Shown here piece after piece: positions 25,873 through 38,800 of a stretch of DNA of 64,000 nt. The notes below the pieces were generated by a model. That model searched no databases, had not been told where the DNA came from, and was given only the letters and a program-made list of their open reading frames with translations. The first letter of the stretch is position 1; each line of letters opens with the position of its first letter. Location: contig OZ024740.1 of the NCBI GenBank assembly GCA_964016885.1, positions 372,000,001 through 372,064,000 of the forward strand. The letters run 5' to 3'. The position numbers and the translations under genes were made by a program. The stretch comes from Eledone cirrhosa. Lineage: Eukaryota.

Positions 25873-27315
25873 ATTTATTAATGCATGGACAGTTATATGA
25901 CCTCCTTTTCAGCCGAGAGACATACCAATACATATTCAAACATTGATACATATTCAAACATTGTGGGTCAACATTCATTACAAAATTTAGAGTGGCAGTA
26001 CACACTTCGAGATTACATTTATATTAATAGGTACAATCAAAAATCAAAGATATAGGTTAAAGTACAACATGAAGATAAGTGGTTATATAGTGCAAATGTT
26101 ATATGTGTGGCACGCATGTGCGTCTTGTTTATATAGTGTGGCAGAGAGATATGTGTGGTAGAGGCACTTAGGTAGGTAAATAAGAGTGTTAGGTTGGTAG
26201 ATCTGGTGGCAAAGTCTTTATATGATTGATGTAGTCTGTGTGTGGAGAAATATTATAAGCATTAAAGATAGTGCAAGCATTAAAAGTGTTATAAGTATTG
26301 GAGATGCACAACGCAGGGATGTCAAGTAATTCATGTACTTCGGCATTTTCATGATCAAGGGAGTGTATATTTCGATTATATGCCTTTCATATAATCCACG
26401 ACAATCCAGTTAGAGATCGTAGTCTGGTGTTCTTTAGTTCGATACAGGAGGTTGTTACGTTTCGAGAGACGCCATTGAATACCGGAAGTGTGTGTGTGGC
26501 TAAGGGGAGTTAATGCATGCGGGGAGGTAACTCTGGGGTTTCTATATCTAGCCATTAAAATGTGTCCCAATATGGACCCTAAATTCTATGGTGAGGTGCA
26601 CCCTCCAAGAGAGACTTTTAAAGCATAAAGTGTACTAACTATAGAGTAGTTTAACTAAATTATGCTGAAGGTGATCATATTATTATTAAGGTGGATTAAC
26701 CCATCTTAAGGTGCTACAAATGGAAATTATAGATGATGAGCGAGGATTCTAAATTAATGATCTCTGTGGTTGTAGTCTGCTCATATGACCAGGCGCGGTG
26801 ATTGCAGGATTGCTTCAGGACCCAATGATCTCTGGTAAGATCTGGGTCATCGCTTGCTACATTGGATGTCGAAAGATAATCGTCCCCAGGCAGGCCAAAG
26901 GTCAATCCGCAGTCCTCGCGACCCCTCTCTGACCGTCAGATCATCCATATACGTACAACCCGCACGGCAGTTGCATTGCATTCACTCACTGCGCTCAGCA
27001 GCCCGGTCCTACTGGTCAACAGCGCTACTCGATTAAATCATTTTACATCTGTCTAAGGAAGGTGTTTCCTCTGCCCAACACCATCCAACCGATCAATTCA
27101 TGCTCAAATTACCCTTAGAGCGGTGTAGTGCCGTCCAGGTGGGTGGATGTTGTCACACCTGCCGTAGAGGTATAAATGGGTATTTTCCCTGCGAAGGGTT
27201 CCAGATGGATGTCGTTGTTTGTGTTATAATGGATCAGCTAGTGTTGGGTATGTAGTATAGGGTGTGTCTCTGGTGTTTGATGCTAGATGTGGTGTTAGGT
27301 TCCAGTCCGACATTG

Positions 27316-29775
27316 CTATATATAGGGCTTAAAGTTTTGGAAGGAATGTCTGAGGCGGTGTTGGCAAGTTGCAAACACCTCAGATTTTTTGTTAAGTAGG
27401 TTACGGTTGGAGAAGATAATATTGTGTGTCTCTAGTATACAGAGGTTACAGAATTTATTAGGTGGTTTGTACGAGGTCGCGCTGCCTATCACTTCCCATT
27501 TGAGTGTGTATGGTTTATTTTTAGATTTTAGATAGTGTATGTAGCTAGAAAGTGAGGTGGAGTTGGCTAGGCTGTGCTTTTTGAACGAGTGGATGTGCGA
27601 GTTATATCTAATTTTGAAGCAGTTAGAAGTGGAGCCTACATAGGTTTCTGAAGAGTTATTAGTCGTGACTGTGCATGAGTATATGACATCCTTGGTTAGG
27701 CATTTTTTATCTAAAGGGCAGGTTCTATTAGCTCTACAGTTACAATTATTCTGTGCGTTAGTCCGCTGGTTATAATGCAATGCGGAAGTCTGTGTGGTGG
27801 ATATAGGATTTTGGGTGTTCAGGTTGACAACCCTGGTGTTATTACTTATACTAGTGTTATTTCTATTGTTACTGCCGTTGCTATTGTTGCTTGCTACAGT
27901 GGTATTTAGAGGGTTTGCATCCCGTTGTGATTTTGTTTGTTGGAAGTAAGAACTAATTTTACTATTATTGCTGCTAGCTATGTGGTATGCTAAGTTAGGT
28001 GTCGTAGAGTATGAGATTTTAATGGTGTTTTTGTTTAAGAGGTTGTGGTACTTGTGTCCTAGAGGGAAGTTTTTATCTAGTAGTGAGAAGAAAGCCCTAG
28101 GTATGTTGGTGGAGACATTTAGGTTGAAAGGAGGGTTGAAAAATGTATTATTTCTTCTTCTATTTTTGCTTTTAGTGTTTGGTGTGTTGCTTCCTCCTAA
28201 GGCCTCACAGTAGTTTCCATGGTAATGGTTACTTCTGGTGGCACTCTCCGCTTTGGTGTACTTGTGGTTGCTATTCCTATTATTAGATTTCCTCATGGAC
28301 ATGTTGTGCGAGATGATGTTGTAGCTATGTGTTTTCTTAGGTAGGAACTCTATTTCTATATTATGGCCGGAGCTAGCTAATGCTTGATTGTAATATTGTG
28401 AGTTTTTGCTAAATATGTTTGCGTCATAGGACAGACTAGAGATTCTATTGGACACCCCCTTAGAGATAGAGTTTAATATTGATCTAGGGTGATTAGACTT
28501 GGTATCTACGTAAATAAGTTTCTCATTAGGCTTATGGAAAGGTGTATATATTTTTGAGTCTAGGTATAGTGTGGCGTCTAGGAAGTTAACATTTTTAGTG
28601 TTTTTGTCCATGGTGATACTAAGGTTAAAGTTTTTGAATGTCTTATGCAGTTGTTTTCTAGTTCTTTCTATATTAAATTTTTTATATTCTATGAGTAGAA
28701 GTGCATCATCGCGGTACAAACCACCGTTGAGGTAAGGGAGGTCTTTATGGATTTCATTGAGGAGGTATAGGCCGACCAAATCAGTGACCTGCGCCGAGTC
28801 ACTAGATCCCATGGTTATGTCGAAGTTGTTGTGCGTATCCTTGCGTGTCCATAGTTGGTCCTCGAAGGTGATTATGGTTTTACGGGCCGCAAGGATGACA
28901 TCAACCTGGGCTCTAGTCAGGTCGCTATTGGTCATGGCCATGATAAGTGCCTTATTTAATAGGATAGGGGAAATAGAGGTGTAGTATGAATTGATATCAA
29001 ATTGAATAAATTTTTTGTTCTTATTATTCTTGATATCCTTAAACCATTCAATTACTTCACCCGTATTTCCCCATTGTTTAAGGTGTATCTTGTGTTTAAT
29101 TTGTGGGATGATTTTATCCAAAATCTTCTTGCTGATAATACCAATGTCGGACTTGGAAGGGCAGATAAGTCTTATCGTGGGGTTGCTGATGAAGTTCTCC
29201 TTATGGTCCTTCAGAGAGAATCTAGGGGGGTTCGGAGTGAAAGGTTGTGTATGCCTCTGTAGTCCTAGTTTAGACACTATATTATAACCCTCTACATTAA
29301 TATCTTCTAAGTTTTTCAAGGTGGTTTTTTTGTAGCTTTTATGTAGTTCATTATATATAAACTTTCTATAAGTAATATAATCTAGGCTGTATATGTTATT
29401 AGTTTTATCTGCGTGTACAATAATTTTATTACTAGTTTTGAATCCACTAATAGAAGTGTTAAGTTTGTTTAAGAAGGTGTTGCTTCTAATATGGTGCTTA
29501 TTGTATTTAATGTTCTTAACTAGTTTAACTAGGTCATTTTCAAAGGAGTTAAGTAGAGTGTTATGAGGGGGGCTTTTAAAGGTTTTAAAGCCGAAGGAGT
29601 CAAAATTGTTAGTATTATTCAAGTTGTTAGATTTGTTTCTATCATAATGGAATGTCCTCCATCTCACTCTATTGATAAATGAATTTACACTGTTGATCAG
29701 CAATTTCTCATATGTATTCCTGGATGGTATTGGTATGTTCTTGGTTGACATGGGGAGTTGGTCTTTGATTAGCAT
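27316..29775 (-). CDS. PLE reverse transcriptase + GIY-YIG endonuclease, 819 aa
   Basis: ADKT; RT motifs QFDINSYYTSI, TMGSSDS, LYRDD, NFLDATL; SNHP thumb; CNCR-x4-CPL-x3-CL Cys linker; VIYSC..YVGST..FKIRYNSH; CNLCILE..LNKKSE..CQH. Architecture resembles the Hydra-type PLE group (inference). Confidence 0.95.
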   Translation of the reverse strand: MLIKDQLPMSTKNIPIPSRNTYEKLLINSVNSFINRVRWRTFHYDRNKSNNLNNTNNFDSFGFKTFKSPPHNTLLNSFENDLVKLVKNIKYNKHHIRSNTFLNKLNTSISGFKTSNKIIVHADKTNNIYSLDYITYRKFIYNELHKSYKKTTLKNLEDINVEGYNIVSKLGLQRHTQPFTPNPPRFSLKDHKENFISNPTIRLICPSKSDIGIISKKILDKIIPQIKHKIHLKQWGNTGEVIEWFKDIKNNKNKKFIQFDINSYYTSISPILLNKALIMAMTNSDLTRAQVDVILAARKTIITFEDQLWTRKDTHNNFDITMGSSDSAQVTDLVGLYLLNEIHKDLPYLNGGLYRDDALLLIEYKKFNIERTRKQLHKTFKNFNLSITMDKNTKNVNFLDATLYLDSKIYTPFHKPNEKLIYVDTKSNHPRSILNSISKGVSNRISSLSYDANIFSKNSQYYNQALASSGHNIEIEFLPKKTHSYNIISHNMSMRKSNNRNSNHKYTKAESATRSNHYHGNYCEALGGSNTPNTKSKNRRRNNTFFNPPFNLNVSTNIPRAFFSLLDKNFPLGHKYHNLLNKNTIKISYSTTPNLAYHIASSNNSKISSYFQQTKSQRDANPLNTTVASNNSNGSNNRNNTSISNNTRVVNLNTQNPISTTQTSALHYNQRTNAQNNCNCRANRTCPLDKKCLTKDVIYSCTVTTNNSSETYVGSTSNCFKIRYNSHIHSFKKHSLANSTSLSSYIHYLKSKNKPYTLKWEVIGSATSYKPPNKFCNLCILETHNIIFSNRNLLNKKSEVFATCQHRLRHSFQNFKPYI

Positions 29776-30024
29776 ATTGGCAATATTATATGTCAGCTCA
29801 ACGATATGGAGCAGTTAATAGTATTAGTTATACTATTTATGGTTATGTAAACACAAAACCTTAAGCAGTTGTAAGTATTTTACACACACCCTAAATAGTG
29901 GTAGGCAGTAATGTATTACTACCTTATTACCAGTAAGTTAATTAGCTCAATGTAAAAACATCAGCTGATTTACAGAGCAGTTATATGAAATATAAGAATC
30001 AAAGAACTGTTCAAAACATTATTG

Positions 30025-30071
30025 TGCTTACAGCTGTTTCCTCCAAACCGAGGTTTGGATTCTTCGGAGCA
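30025..30071 (-). ncRNA. Minimal hammerhead, CCGAAGA core (5' pLTR of family A)
   Basis: Identical to 25826-25872; ~250 nt upstream of the ORF ATG. Confidence 0.8.
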
Positions 30072-30622
30072 ATTTATTAATGCATGGACAGTTATATGAC
30101 CTGTGTGAAAGGCATATAATCGAAATATACACTCCCTTGATCATGAAAATGCCGAAGTACATGAATTACTTGACATCCCTGCGTTGTGCATCTCCAATAC
30201 TTATAACACTTTTAATGCTTGCACTATCTTTAATGCTTATAATATTTCTCCACACACAGACTACATCAATCATATAAAGACTTTGCCACCAGATCTACCA
30301 ACCTAACACTCTTATTTACCTACCTAAGTGCCTCTACCACACATATCTCTCTGCCACACTATATAAACAAGACGCACATGCGTGCCACACATATAACATT
30401 TGCACTATATAACCACTTATCTTCATGTTGTACTTTAACCTATATCTTTGATTTTTGATTGTACCTATTAATATAAATGTAATCTCGAAGTGTGTACTGC
30501 CACTCTAAATTTTGTAATGAATGTTGACCCACAATGTTTGAATATGTATCAATGTTTGAATATGTATTGGTATGTCTCTCGGCTGAAAAGGAGGTCATAT
30601 AACTGTCCATGCATTAATAAAT

Positions 30623-30669
30623 TGCTCCGAAGAATCCAAACCTCGGTTTGGAGGAAACAGCTGTAAGCA
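30623..30669 (+). ncRNA. Minimal hammerhead, CCGAAGA core (inverted pLTR of family A)
   Basis: Identical motif on the + strand. Confidence 0.8.
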
Positions 30670-30700
30670 CAATAATGTTTTGAACAGTTCTTTGATTCTT

Positions 30701-30740
<40 letters not shown>

Positions 30741-30743
<3 letters not shown>

Positions 30744-31345
30744 AAGGCGGGTAAAATTCCCGAGATCCATGGACGAGTTCTCTCCAGCGGTCTCTGTCCC
30801 TCATTATCGCTGCCATATCCTGCATCTCCGACAGACCAGTGTCTGTCCTTAGGGCATCAACATATGTTAACCTTGGTCTTCCTCTTCTAGTGTGTCCATG
30901 TAGGCGGGAAGCCGCTGGAATTGGTTGAGGACTTCCTGTATTTGGGAGCAAAGATTGGGAATACGGAAGATGATGTGGTTGAGAGGAAGAGCAAGGCCTG
31001 GGCGGCGTGTCACAGCTTGAGATCGGTGTGGAAGTCGGACCTTCGTAGAGACCTGAAAATCCGCCTCTTCATTGCTGTAGTGGAGTCTGTGCTGCTGTAT
31101 GGGTCTGAGACTTGGACACTGACCAAGAGACTCACTCAGATGGTGGATGGGTGCTACACGAGAATGCTGAGGATGGCTCTGAACATTAATCACTATACAC
31201 TGAGGATGAAAAACTCAGAGCTGTATCGGAGCATCCCAAAAGTCAGCTCAAAAGTGACACAGAGGAGACTGAGGTTGGCTGGACATGCTCACCGACATCC
31301 AGAGTTGACAATGCACTCAGTGCTCCTTTGGCAGCCCCTACATGG

Positions 31346-31351
<6 letters not shown>
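30741..31351 (-). mobile_element. RTE-type LINE 3' fragment with 5' inversion
   Basis: 30741-30904 (-) encodes HGHTRRGRPRLTYVD..DRDRWR. 30905-31351 (+) encodes the preceding FLYLG..VLLYGSETWTLT..RLRLAGH..LHGHT. Confidence 0.88.
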
Positions 31352-31388
<37 letters not shown>

Positions 31389-31617
31389 TTATTATTATTA
31401 CACTTTGCCTAGTACTGCACCTCTATACTTACTGGAGTCTACGCATCGAGTGCTCACTCTGGGGAAACTACAGTAACTGGACGTTACAACCCCTATATAT
31501 ATATATAGTAATAATAATAAATTTGAAGACTAAAATCCAAAGAGGGCTCGATAAGGATAAATATATATCAAATATATAAGAACCGTAGAGCAATTATTTA
31601 TTAAAATAACGGATTAA

Positions 31618-31668
31618 AGTTTAAGCAAAGAATCGCTGCTTTCACCCTTAACGGGATCTTCTGAAACT
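31618..31668 (-). ncRNA. Hammerhead-like motif, CAGAAGA core (family B)
   Basis: agttt-CAGAAGA-tccc(gttaa)gggt-GAAA-gca(gcgattctt)tgc-TT-aaact. Confidence 0.68.
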
Positions 31669-32600
31669 AACAAAGTCAATCTGTAAACGCAGAAGTGGAT
31701 ATTTCAAAAAACGTTGCAACCGGAGGAAGACAGGAAGACGATACTTTGGTTCGTGGAAACGTTCCCTGGCAAAGAACGGGAAAAAACGAATATAATACGT
31801 CATTAATAGGAGAGGTGAAAAACAATTACATGCAAAGACAGAACCACGTTTATGGTATAAAAGAGGTCGTAGATTAATGTTCTCTTAGGTGGTGCATAGA
31901 GACGTTCTCTGGCAAAGAACGAAAAAAACGAAGATAAAGCGTCATATGTGGAGCGTGGAGAACAATTGCACGCAAAGACAAAACCACTTAAATGGTATAG
32001 CTGAAGTCGTAGACTAAAATTCTAACTAGGAAACCGAATGATTCTCTGCTTCAGAGTTAAGAATAAAGTAAATAAAATACAATACAGAGGTAATTGAAAT
32101 TAAATAAATACATACACGCATCCACATACGTACATTCACAAGCATACGCGAAAACACTCGCCATAGGTATACAAAACCACGCACATATAAATATGTGTGT
32201 GTATGCGTGTATACAAATAAATAAGTAATTAAAAAACGTATATAAATAAATAAATACGTATATAACAAGCGCACGCACATACCTACATGTAAATACACAA
32301 ATGTTCGGAGACGAACGTCAACCAAAACATGAAGTACACGTATACACGCACCCAACATACGTACGAACCCGTAAATCTCCCGTAAAGACATAACCAGAAG
32401 CATATGTACCAGAATATATAAAAATATACGCCATAACATATACAATCAAATATACGTACGAGAAAGTATATGTACCTTCACAAAACAGGTACCTTCACAT
32501 ACAGGTAATATATACTTACCTATGTAAATAAGTAATGGTATAAACACAACATATACTTAGTTACCACATCAAGACGTAAAATATCCACGTATAGAACGTA

Positions 32601-34451
32601 CTATCCGTTAGGGTATAATGTGGGGCTGTAATATAGGAAAGTTTTGTGCAATTTATGTTTACAAGCCGAAATTGCCTCAGATTTTTTGTTTAAGATGTCG
32701 TCTGTGCCGTAGAGTATTTCCAGGGCCTCAGCGGCGCAGAGGTCACATGGTCTTTTATTTCCGTTATACGATCTAGCCCTAGCTAGGATCTCCCAGTGTA
32801 ACTTATATTGGGTGTGGTTGTCTTTTAGACTCCAGATATAAGCTGAGAGTGACGTCATATTCCTTCTTACAGGGTAACGAAAAGAATGGGTATGCATGTA
32901 AAGACGCTGCTTGAATCTATTGGCGGTTAACCCTATGTAGGCCATACGGGACGTGGGTGTTTCAACCTTACATTTGTAGACAATGTTACTAGAGAGGCAT
33001 TTCCCGGATAGGGGGCAATCAACCCGATTCCTACAATTACAGTTAGTACTAACTACAGGGTTGCACGTGTTCCTACGGCTAGGTAGATTAGCTAAATTTG
33101 AAGCTGTGATGTTATGTGCAAGGTTAGGAGTCGTAGAGTAAGAAATTTTAATAGTATTTCTATTAAAAATGTTACTATATTTATGTGTAGGGGAAAATGC
33201 TTCGTAATAAGGGATAGAAAGATCTTAGCTAAAGATGTGGCCACCTCCATATTATATGGTGGGTTATACCATATAATGCGACGGGATCTATTTCTTCTAG
33301 GTCTATTCTCGTACTCTGTATATGCTACCTTATCGACAAATCCACTCCGAGCAAGAGCTTCATTGTAATAAGTGGAATGGTCGTTGAAAATATGCTCGTT
33401 AGTAGATAGACGGGAAAGCCTCAACGAAACGTTTCTACCAGGTTCTTGGTTATGCTAGCAGGATGGTTGGAATGCTTACTTATGTAATTAAGCGTATCAT
33501 TCGGCTTTCTATACGGGTAATACAAACTATTCGATAAATTGAGGGTAACGTCGAGGTAATTAACGACCGAGAGGTTGGCCTCTACCTGTATAGAGAGGTT
33601 GAAGCCTTTAAAGAAGGCTGTGAGTTCTTTTCTGAACCTGTCGCAAGCACGAGGGCCGCACTTAGTCATGGTCAAAATACCATCATCACGGTACAAACCA
33701 CCGCCCGCGTTGGGGAATTCGTCCTTGATAGAGAAAAGAAGGGAAAGGCCGATAAGATCAGTAACCCCCGCAGAATCGCTGGCGCCCATACTCACGTCGA
33801 ATGGGGTACTATTGGATTTTTTAATCCAAATAGAGTCGTCGAAATTTATCACCGACTTACGGCCATTGAGGATGACATCAACTTCGAAATCCTTAATCAC
33901 TGTGAGTGTTTTAGCGAAATTGATAGCTCAAAGGAGAAGTGGTAAAGTGATGGAGGAGTAGTAATTATTGATGTCGAATTGGATAAAACGGCAATGTTCC
34001 TTGTTGCATATGCCGTTGAACCAATCAATCACCGCGAAAGAATTGTTCCACAGTGCAAGAGGGGCCAAACTTCTAATTTCAGGTATAATTCTATCAAGAA
34101 TCCTTTTACTAAGTCTACCTACATCGGACTTCGTAGGGTTAATAAGCCGAATAGAGGAGTTGTTCGGAATATTGGATTTGTGATAGTTCAGGGAAAGTGG
34201 GGAGAAATAGGGTCCAGAGGTTCGGTCCGGTCCAGGATGTTGAGATCGGAGGTGATTTTAAACCCAGCATCGTTGAATTCATTGATGACGCACCGATTAG
34301 CTTTACGGTAATCCTTAGTTACAGCATTATGTAGTAGTTGATGGTAAGTACTGCGCTCCACCTGATATAGGTTGCGAGTTTTGTCGGAATCGACGTGCAC
34401 GACATTAGAATCCTTAATAGAACGAATTCTATTCTTCAGGTAACCTTGCAC
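32601..34451 (-). pseudogene. PLE RT + GIY-YIG, frameshifted
   Basis: SDKT, SMGASDS, LYRDD, NYLDVTL, SNHP, WYNPPY, YIGLTANRFKQR, CDLCAAE, LNKKSE spread across several frames. Confidence 0.92.
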
Positions 34452-35042
34452 ATAACATCACAGCTTCAAATTTAGCTAAACTACCTAGCCGTAGGAACAC
34501 GTGCAACCCTGTGGTTAGTACTAACTGTAATTGTAGGAATAGGGTTGATTGCCCCCTATCCGGGAATTGCATCTCTAGTAACATTGTCTACAAATGTAAG
34601 GTTGAACTTTCCTGTATTACAGCCCCACATTATACCCTAACGGATAGTACGATCTATACGTGGATATTTTACGTCTTGATGTGGTAGCTAAGTATATGTT
34701 GTGTTTATACCATTACTTATTTGCATAGGTAAGTATATATTACCTGTATGTTTTGTGAAGCTACGTATACTTTCTCGTACGTATATTTGATTGTATATGT
34801 TATGGCGTATATTTTTATATATTCTGGTACATATGCTTCTGGTTATGTGTTTACGGGAGTTTTGCGTCTGTGTGAGTATGCGGGTTCGTACGTATGTTGG
34901 GTGCGCGTATATGTGTACTTCATATTTTGGTTGACGTTCGTCTCCGAACATTTGTGTATTTACATGTAGGTATGTGCGTGCGCTTGTTATATACGTATTT
35001 ATTTATTTATTTATATACGTTTTTTAATTACTTATTTATTTG

Positions 35043-35080
<38 letters not shown>

Positions 35081-35467
35081 CACACACACACACATATTTA
35101 TATGTGCGTGGTTTTGTATACCTATGGCGAGTGTTATCGCGTATGCTTGTATATGTACGTATTTGGATGCGTGTATATATTTATTTAATTTCTATTACCT
35201 CTGTATTGTATTTTATTTACTTTATTTTTAACTCTGAAGCGGAGAATCATTCGGTTTCCTAGTTAGAATTTTAGTCTACGACTTCTGCTATACCGTTTAC
35301 GTGGTATTTTCTTTGCGTGCAATTGTTCTCTACGATCCACATATGACGTATTATCTTCGTTTTTTCCATTCATTGCCAGAGAACGTCTCTATGAACCACC
35401 TAGGAGAACATTAGTCTACGATTTCTTTTATACCATAAACGTGGTTCTGTCTTTGCGTATATCTATA

Positions 35468-35565
<98 letters not shown>

Positions 35566-35639
35566 GAGAGAGTATTTATGCATATACACTTATACACACA
35601 GACGCACAGACTTACAGGTATACACGCATATATCAATGC

Positions 35640-35670
<31 letters not shown>

Positions 35671-35714
35671 CATACATACATATAAATACACACATACACA
35701 TATACACACACACA

Positions 35715-35767
<53 letters not shown>

Positions 35768-35770
35768 ACT

Positions 35771-35820
<50 letters not shown>

Positions 35821-38800
35821 CATGGAAAGTTATATTTAAATTGTTGGGTTACAACTAGTAAATATTTATAACTGATATAAAAGCACTCGACAAGTATTTG
35901 GAGTATATTTACAATATTAAATAAATGGAAACTATATTTATAAAACCATATTTATTTCATTATATATATTTCAGGGATATCATATTAACAATATGCTATG
36001 CCTTCCTCAGACAAAATACAATATAAACAGTTTTATAGATAAATAGATTTGACATACCGTAACAACATCGACTTATATTTGAAAAGTTGAATTGGCAGTG
36101 AAAAGATTGTACACAGAGAGAAAGAAAGAGAGAAAAGGAAAGAAAGACAGAAAACGAAGAAAAAGAAGAAACAAAAGAAGAAATGCATGGAACAAAATAG
36201 AGAGATGGAAAGATAGATAAAGAGAAGAACTTCATGTAAAGAAACAGAGAGATATATATATATATATAGAGAGAGGAAATAGAGATAGATACATATATAT
36301 AGAAAACTAGGTAGTGGGACGTCCGTTGAGTAAACGTATCAATGATACATTTATTTATTTATTTATTTATTTAGCTCTAGTATTAATGTAAGGGAGATAT
36401 ATGTGGTTAGGAAAGAAACCAGCTGTTATATAGAGAGACAAATTAAAAATAACCAGACATAGGCGAGGCATAAAACCCTATGTTTTAATGTAGAGGTATT
36501 AGTATGTATAAAAACCAGCCACTATATTGTAAATATTAGTATTCCTGAATGAGACATGTATCCATAATGTGTGAAAAGTAATGATCTTATGTTTAGTTTT
36601 TTTTAAAAATTCATATGTTTATGTGATAAACATCTATGTGAATTTACATGATCAACTCTGTAAACCCTAAGTTCACGGAAACTCTAACCACCCCAGATCT
36701 GTCAAAAACACTATAGTAAACTCTGTTCAAAAACGTATCTCTAGGATCTCGTCGAATAGAAAGATTTTCGACGAAAAAGCCCAATACTACAATGAAGCAT
36801 TAGCTAGAGCAGGATATGCTGATAAGATTATGTACATAGATAATGATAGACAAACTAAACAAAATAACAACTATTTTAATTACGGCAACAACCTTAACAA
36901 CTATAATAGAAAGCATTACAATAATTCCAAAGGCCAAAAAAGAAATAGAACTAGGAACATAATTTGGTTTGCCCCCCCCCCCCCCCCCTTTCTCACTAAA
37001 CATTAAAACCCACATCGCTAAACTATTTTTTAAAGCTCTTGATAATCGCTTCCCTAGAACACATAGGTATCACTCAATTTTCAATAGACATACAATAAAA
37101 TTAACCTACTCATCCACCAAAAATTTAGCACAAAATATTAATAGAATAAATAATAGGAACTTAAAACCTAGTGATAATAGCATAAATAATATACAAGTTA
37201 ACAAATGTAACTGTAGAGATAGATCTAAATGTCCGTTAAATAACAACTGCTTAGTTAAAAATATAGTATACAATTGTAATGTTAAAACTGACTCTAATTC
37301 TTTTAACTACGTCGGTTCCACATCGACGGAATTTAAACTTCGCTATAATAACCACAAGAATTCTTTCACAGATCCAAGCAAAAAATCTTCAACGGCACTA
37401 TCAGGCGTACTCTGGCAACTTAAGCTAGATAACGTTAGATATTCGACGGCTTGGAATATAGTCTCAAGAGGGATTCCTTTTAATTCATCCTCTGAGACAT
37501 GTGACCTCTGCGCAGAGGAGATATTCTTTATACTAAAATCTAAAAATTCCCTTAATCTACGGACAAATTTATTCAGTTGCTGCAAACATAGATTAAACTC
37601 AACGTTTAAATATAAATTTAAATTTAAAATGTAGTATATTTAGTTTGATTTATAATTATATGGGAAACTAGCCGATAAATCTTTGATTTCTTCTTTTTAT
37701 TCTTTTTATTTTTATTTTTATTTTTATTTAAACATTCTTCACGAAAAATTAAGCTACCCTAAAAGTTGATGCTCCAAATATTTCGAATAAACGTTACACT
37801 AGATAAACTTCTATATTAAATATAAGAACACATGTAGACCAAATGGGCATCCTAAACTTTTTGAAATGATCTTTGCTAGATGCGATTTGATAAATAATTT
37901 TTGGCTTTATCTGTTTTTCGACTCTGATGCTTATAATGAACTTGGCAATATATTGTCAATTAATTTTGAAGGGTTGATCTTTGTGGTTTATTTTTATTAT
38001 TGTAGTATTTTCTAATATTTTTATTTTTAATATTTTTAATATGTAATATTTTTAATATGTAATATTTTTAATATGTAATATTCTTTCGTAATATTTTTTA
38101 GTTTTCTATTTTATTATTACTTATTATTATTATTATTGTTATTTTTTGGTTTTTGTTTCTGATATATGTTTTTATTAGTATATTGAAATCTGCTCTCTAT
38201 TTCTGCTTGATAGATAATCTTGTAGAGTAAAGACAGGAATAGTAGTAATATTGACTCTATATATATTTGTGTGTATATATATACACATATATGTATACTT
38301 AAATTTTTATAGCACAATGAAAATATTTTCCGTGAACTTAGGGTTTACAGAGTTGATCATGTAAATTCACATAGATGTTTATCACATAAACATATGAATT
38401 TAAAAAAAAAACTAAACATAAGATCATTACTTTTCACACATTATGGATACATGTCTCATTCAGGAATACTAATATTTACAATATAGTGGCTGGTTTTTAT
38501 ACATACTAATACCTCTACATTAAAACATAGGGTTTTATGCCTCGCCTATGTCTGGTTATTTTTAATTTTTCTCTCTATATAACAGCTGGTTTCTTTCCTA
38601 ACCACATATATCTCCCTTACATTAATACTAGAGCTAAATAAATAAATAAATAAATAAATAAATGTATCATTGATACGTTTACTCAACGGACGTCCCACTA
38701 CCTAGTTTTCTATATATATGTATCTATCTCTATTTCCTCTCTCTCTATATATATATATATCTCTCTCTGTTTCTTTACATGAAGTTCTTCTCTTTATCTA

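Larger units (their letters stand above)
31506..35459 (-). mobile_element. 5'-truncated PLE (family B) with inverted 5' arm
   Basis: Frameshifted RT/EN on - (32601-34451). 34441-35459 is an inverted, internally deleted copy of the ORF end and 3' region. ~140-bp internal tandem duplication at 31761-32030. Confidence 0.92.

Noticed and set aside
27316-29775. Telomerase or selenoprotein (UGA-recoding) interpretation of the RT ORF
   Set aside because: C-terminal GIY-YIG and pLTRs identify a PLE, and the ORF has no in-frame stop needing recoding.
31400-31495. GAAA-ctacag-TA-actgg half-hammerhead in a short (TA)n-bounded piece
   Set aside because: No CNGANGA core at the required position.
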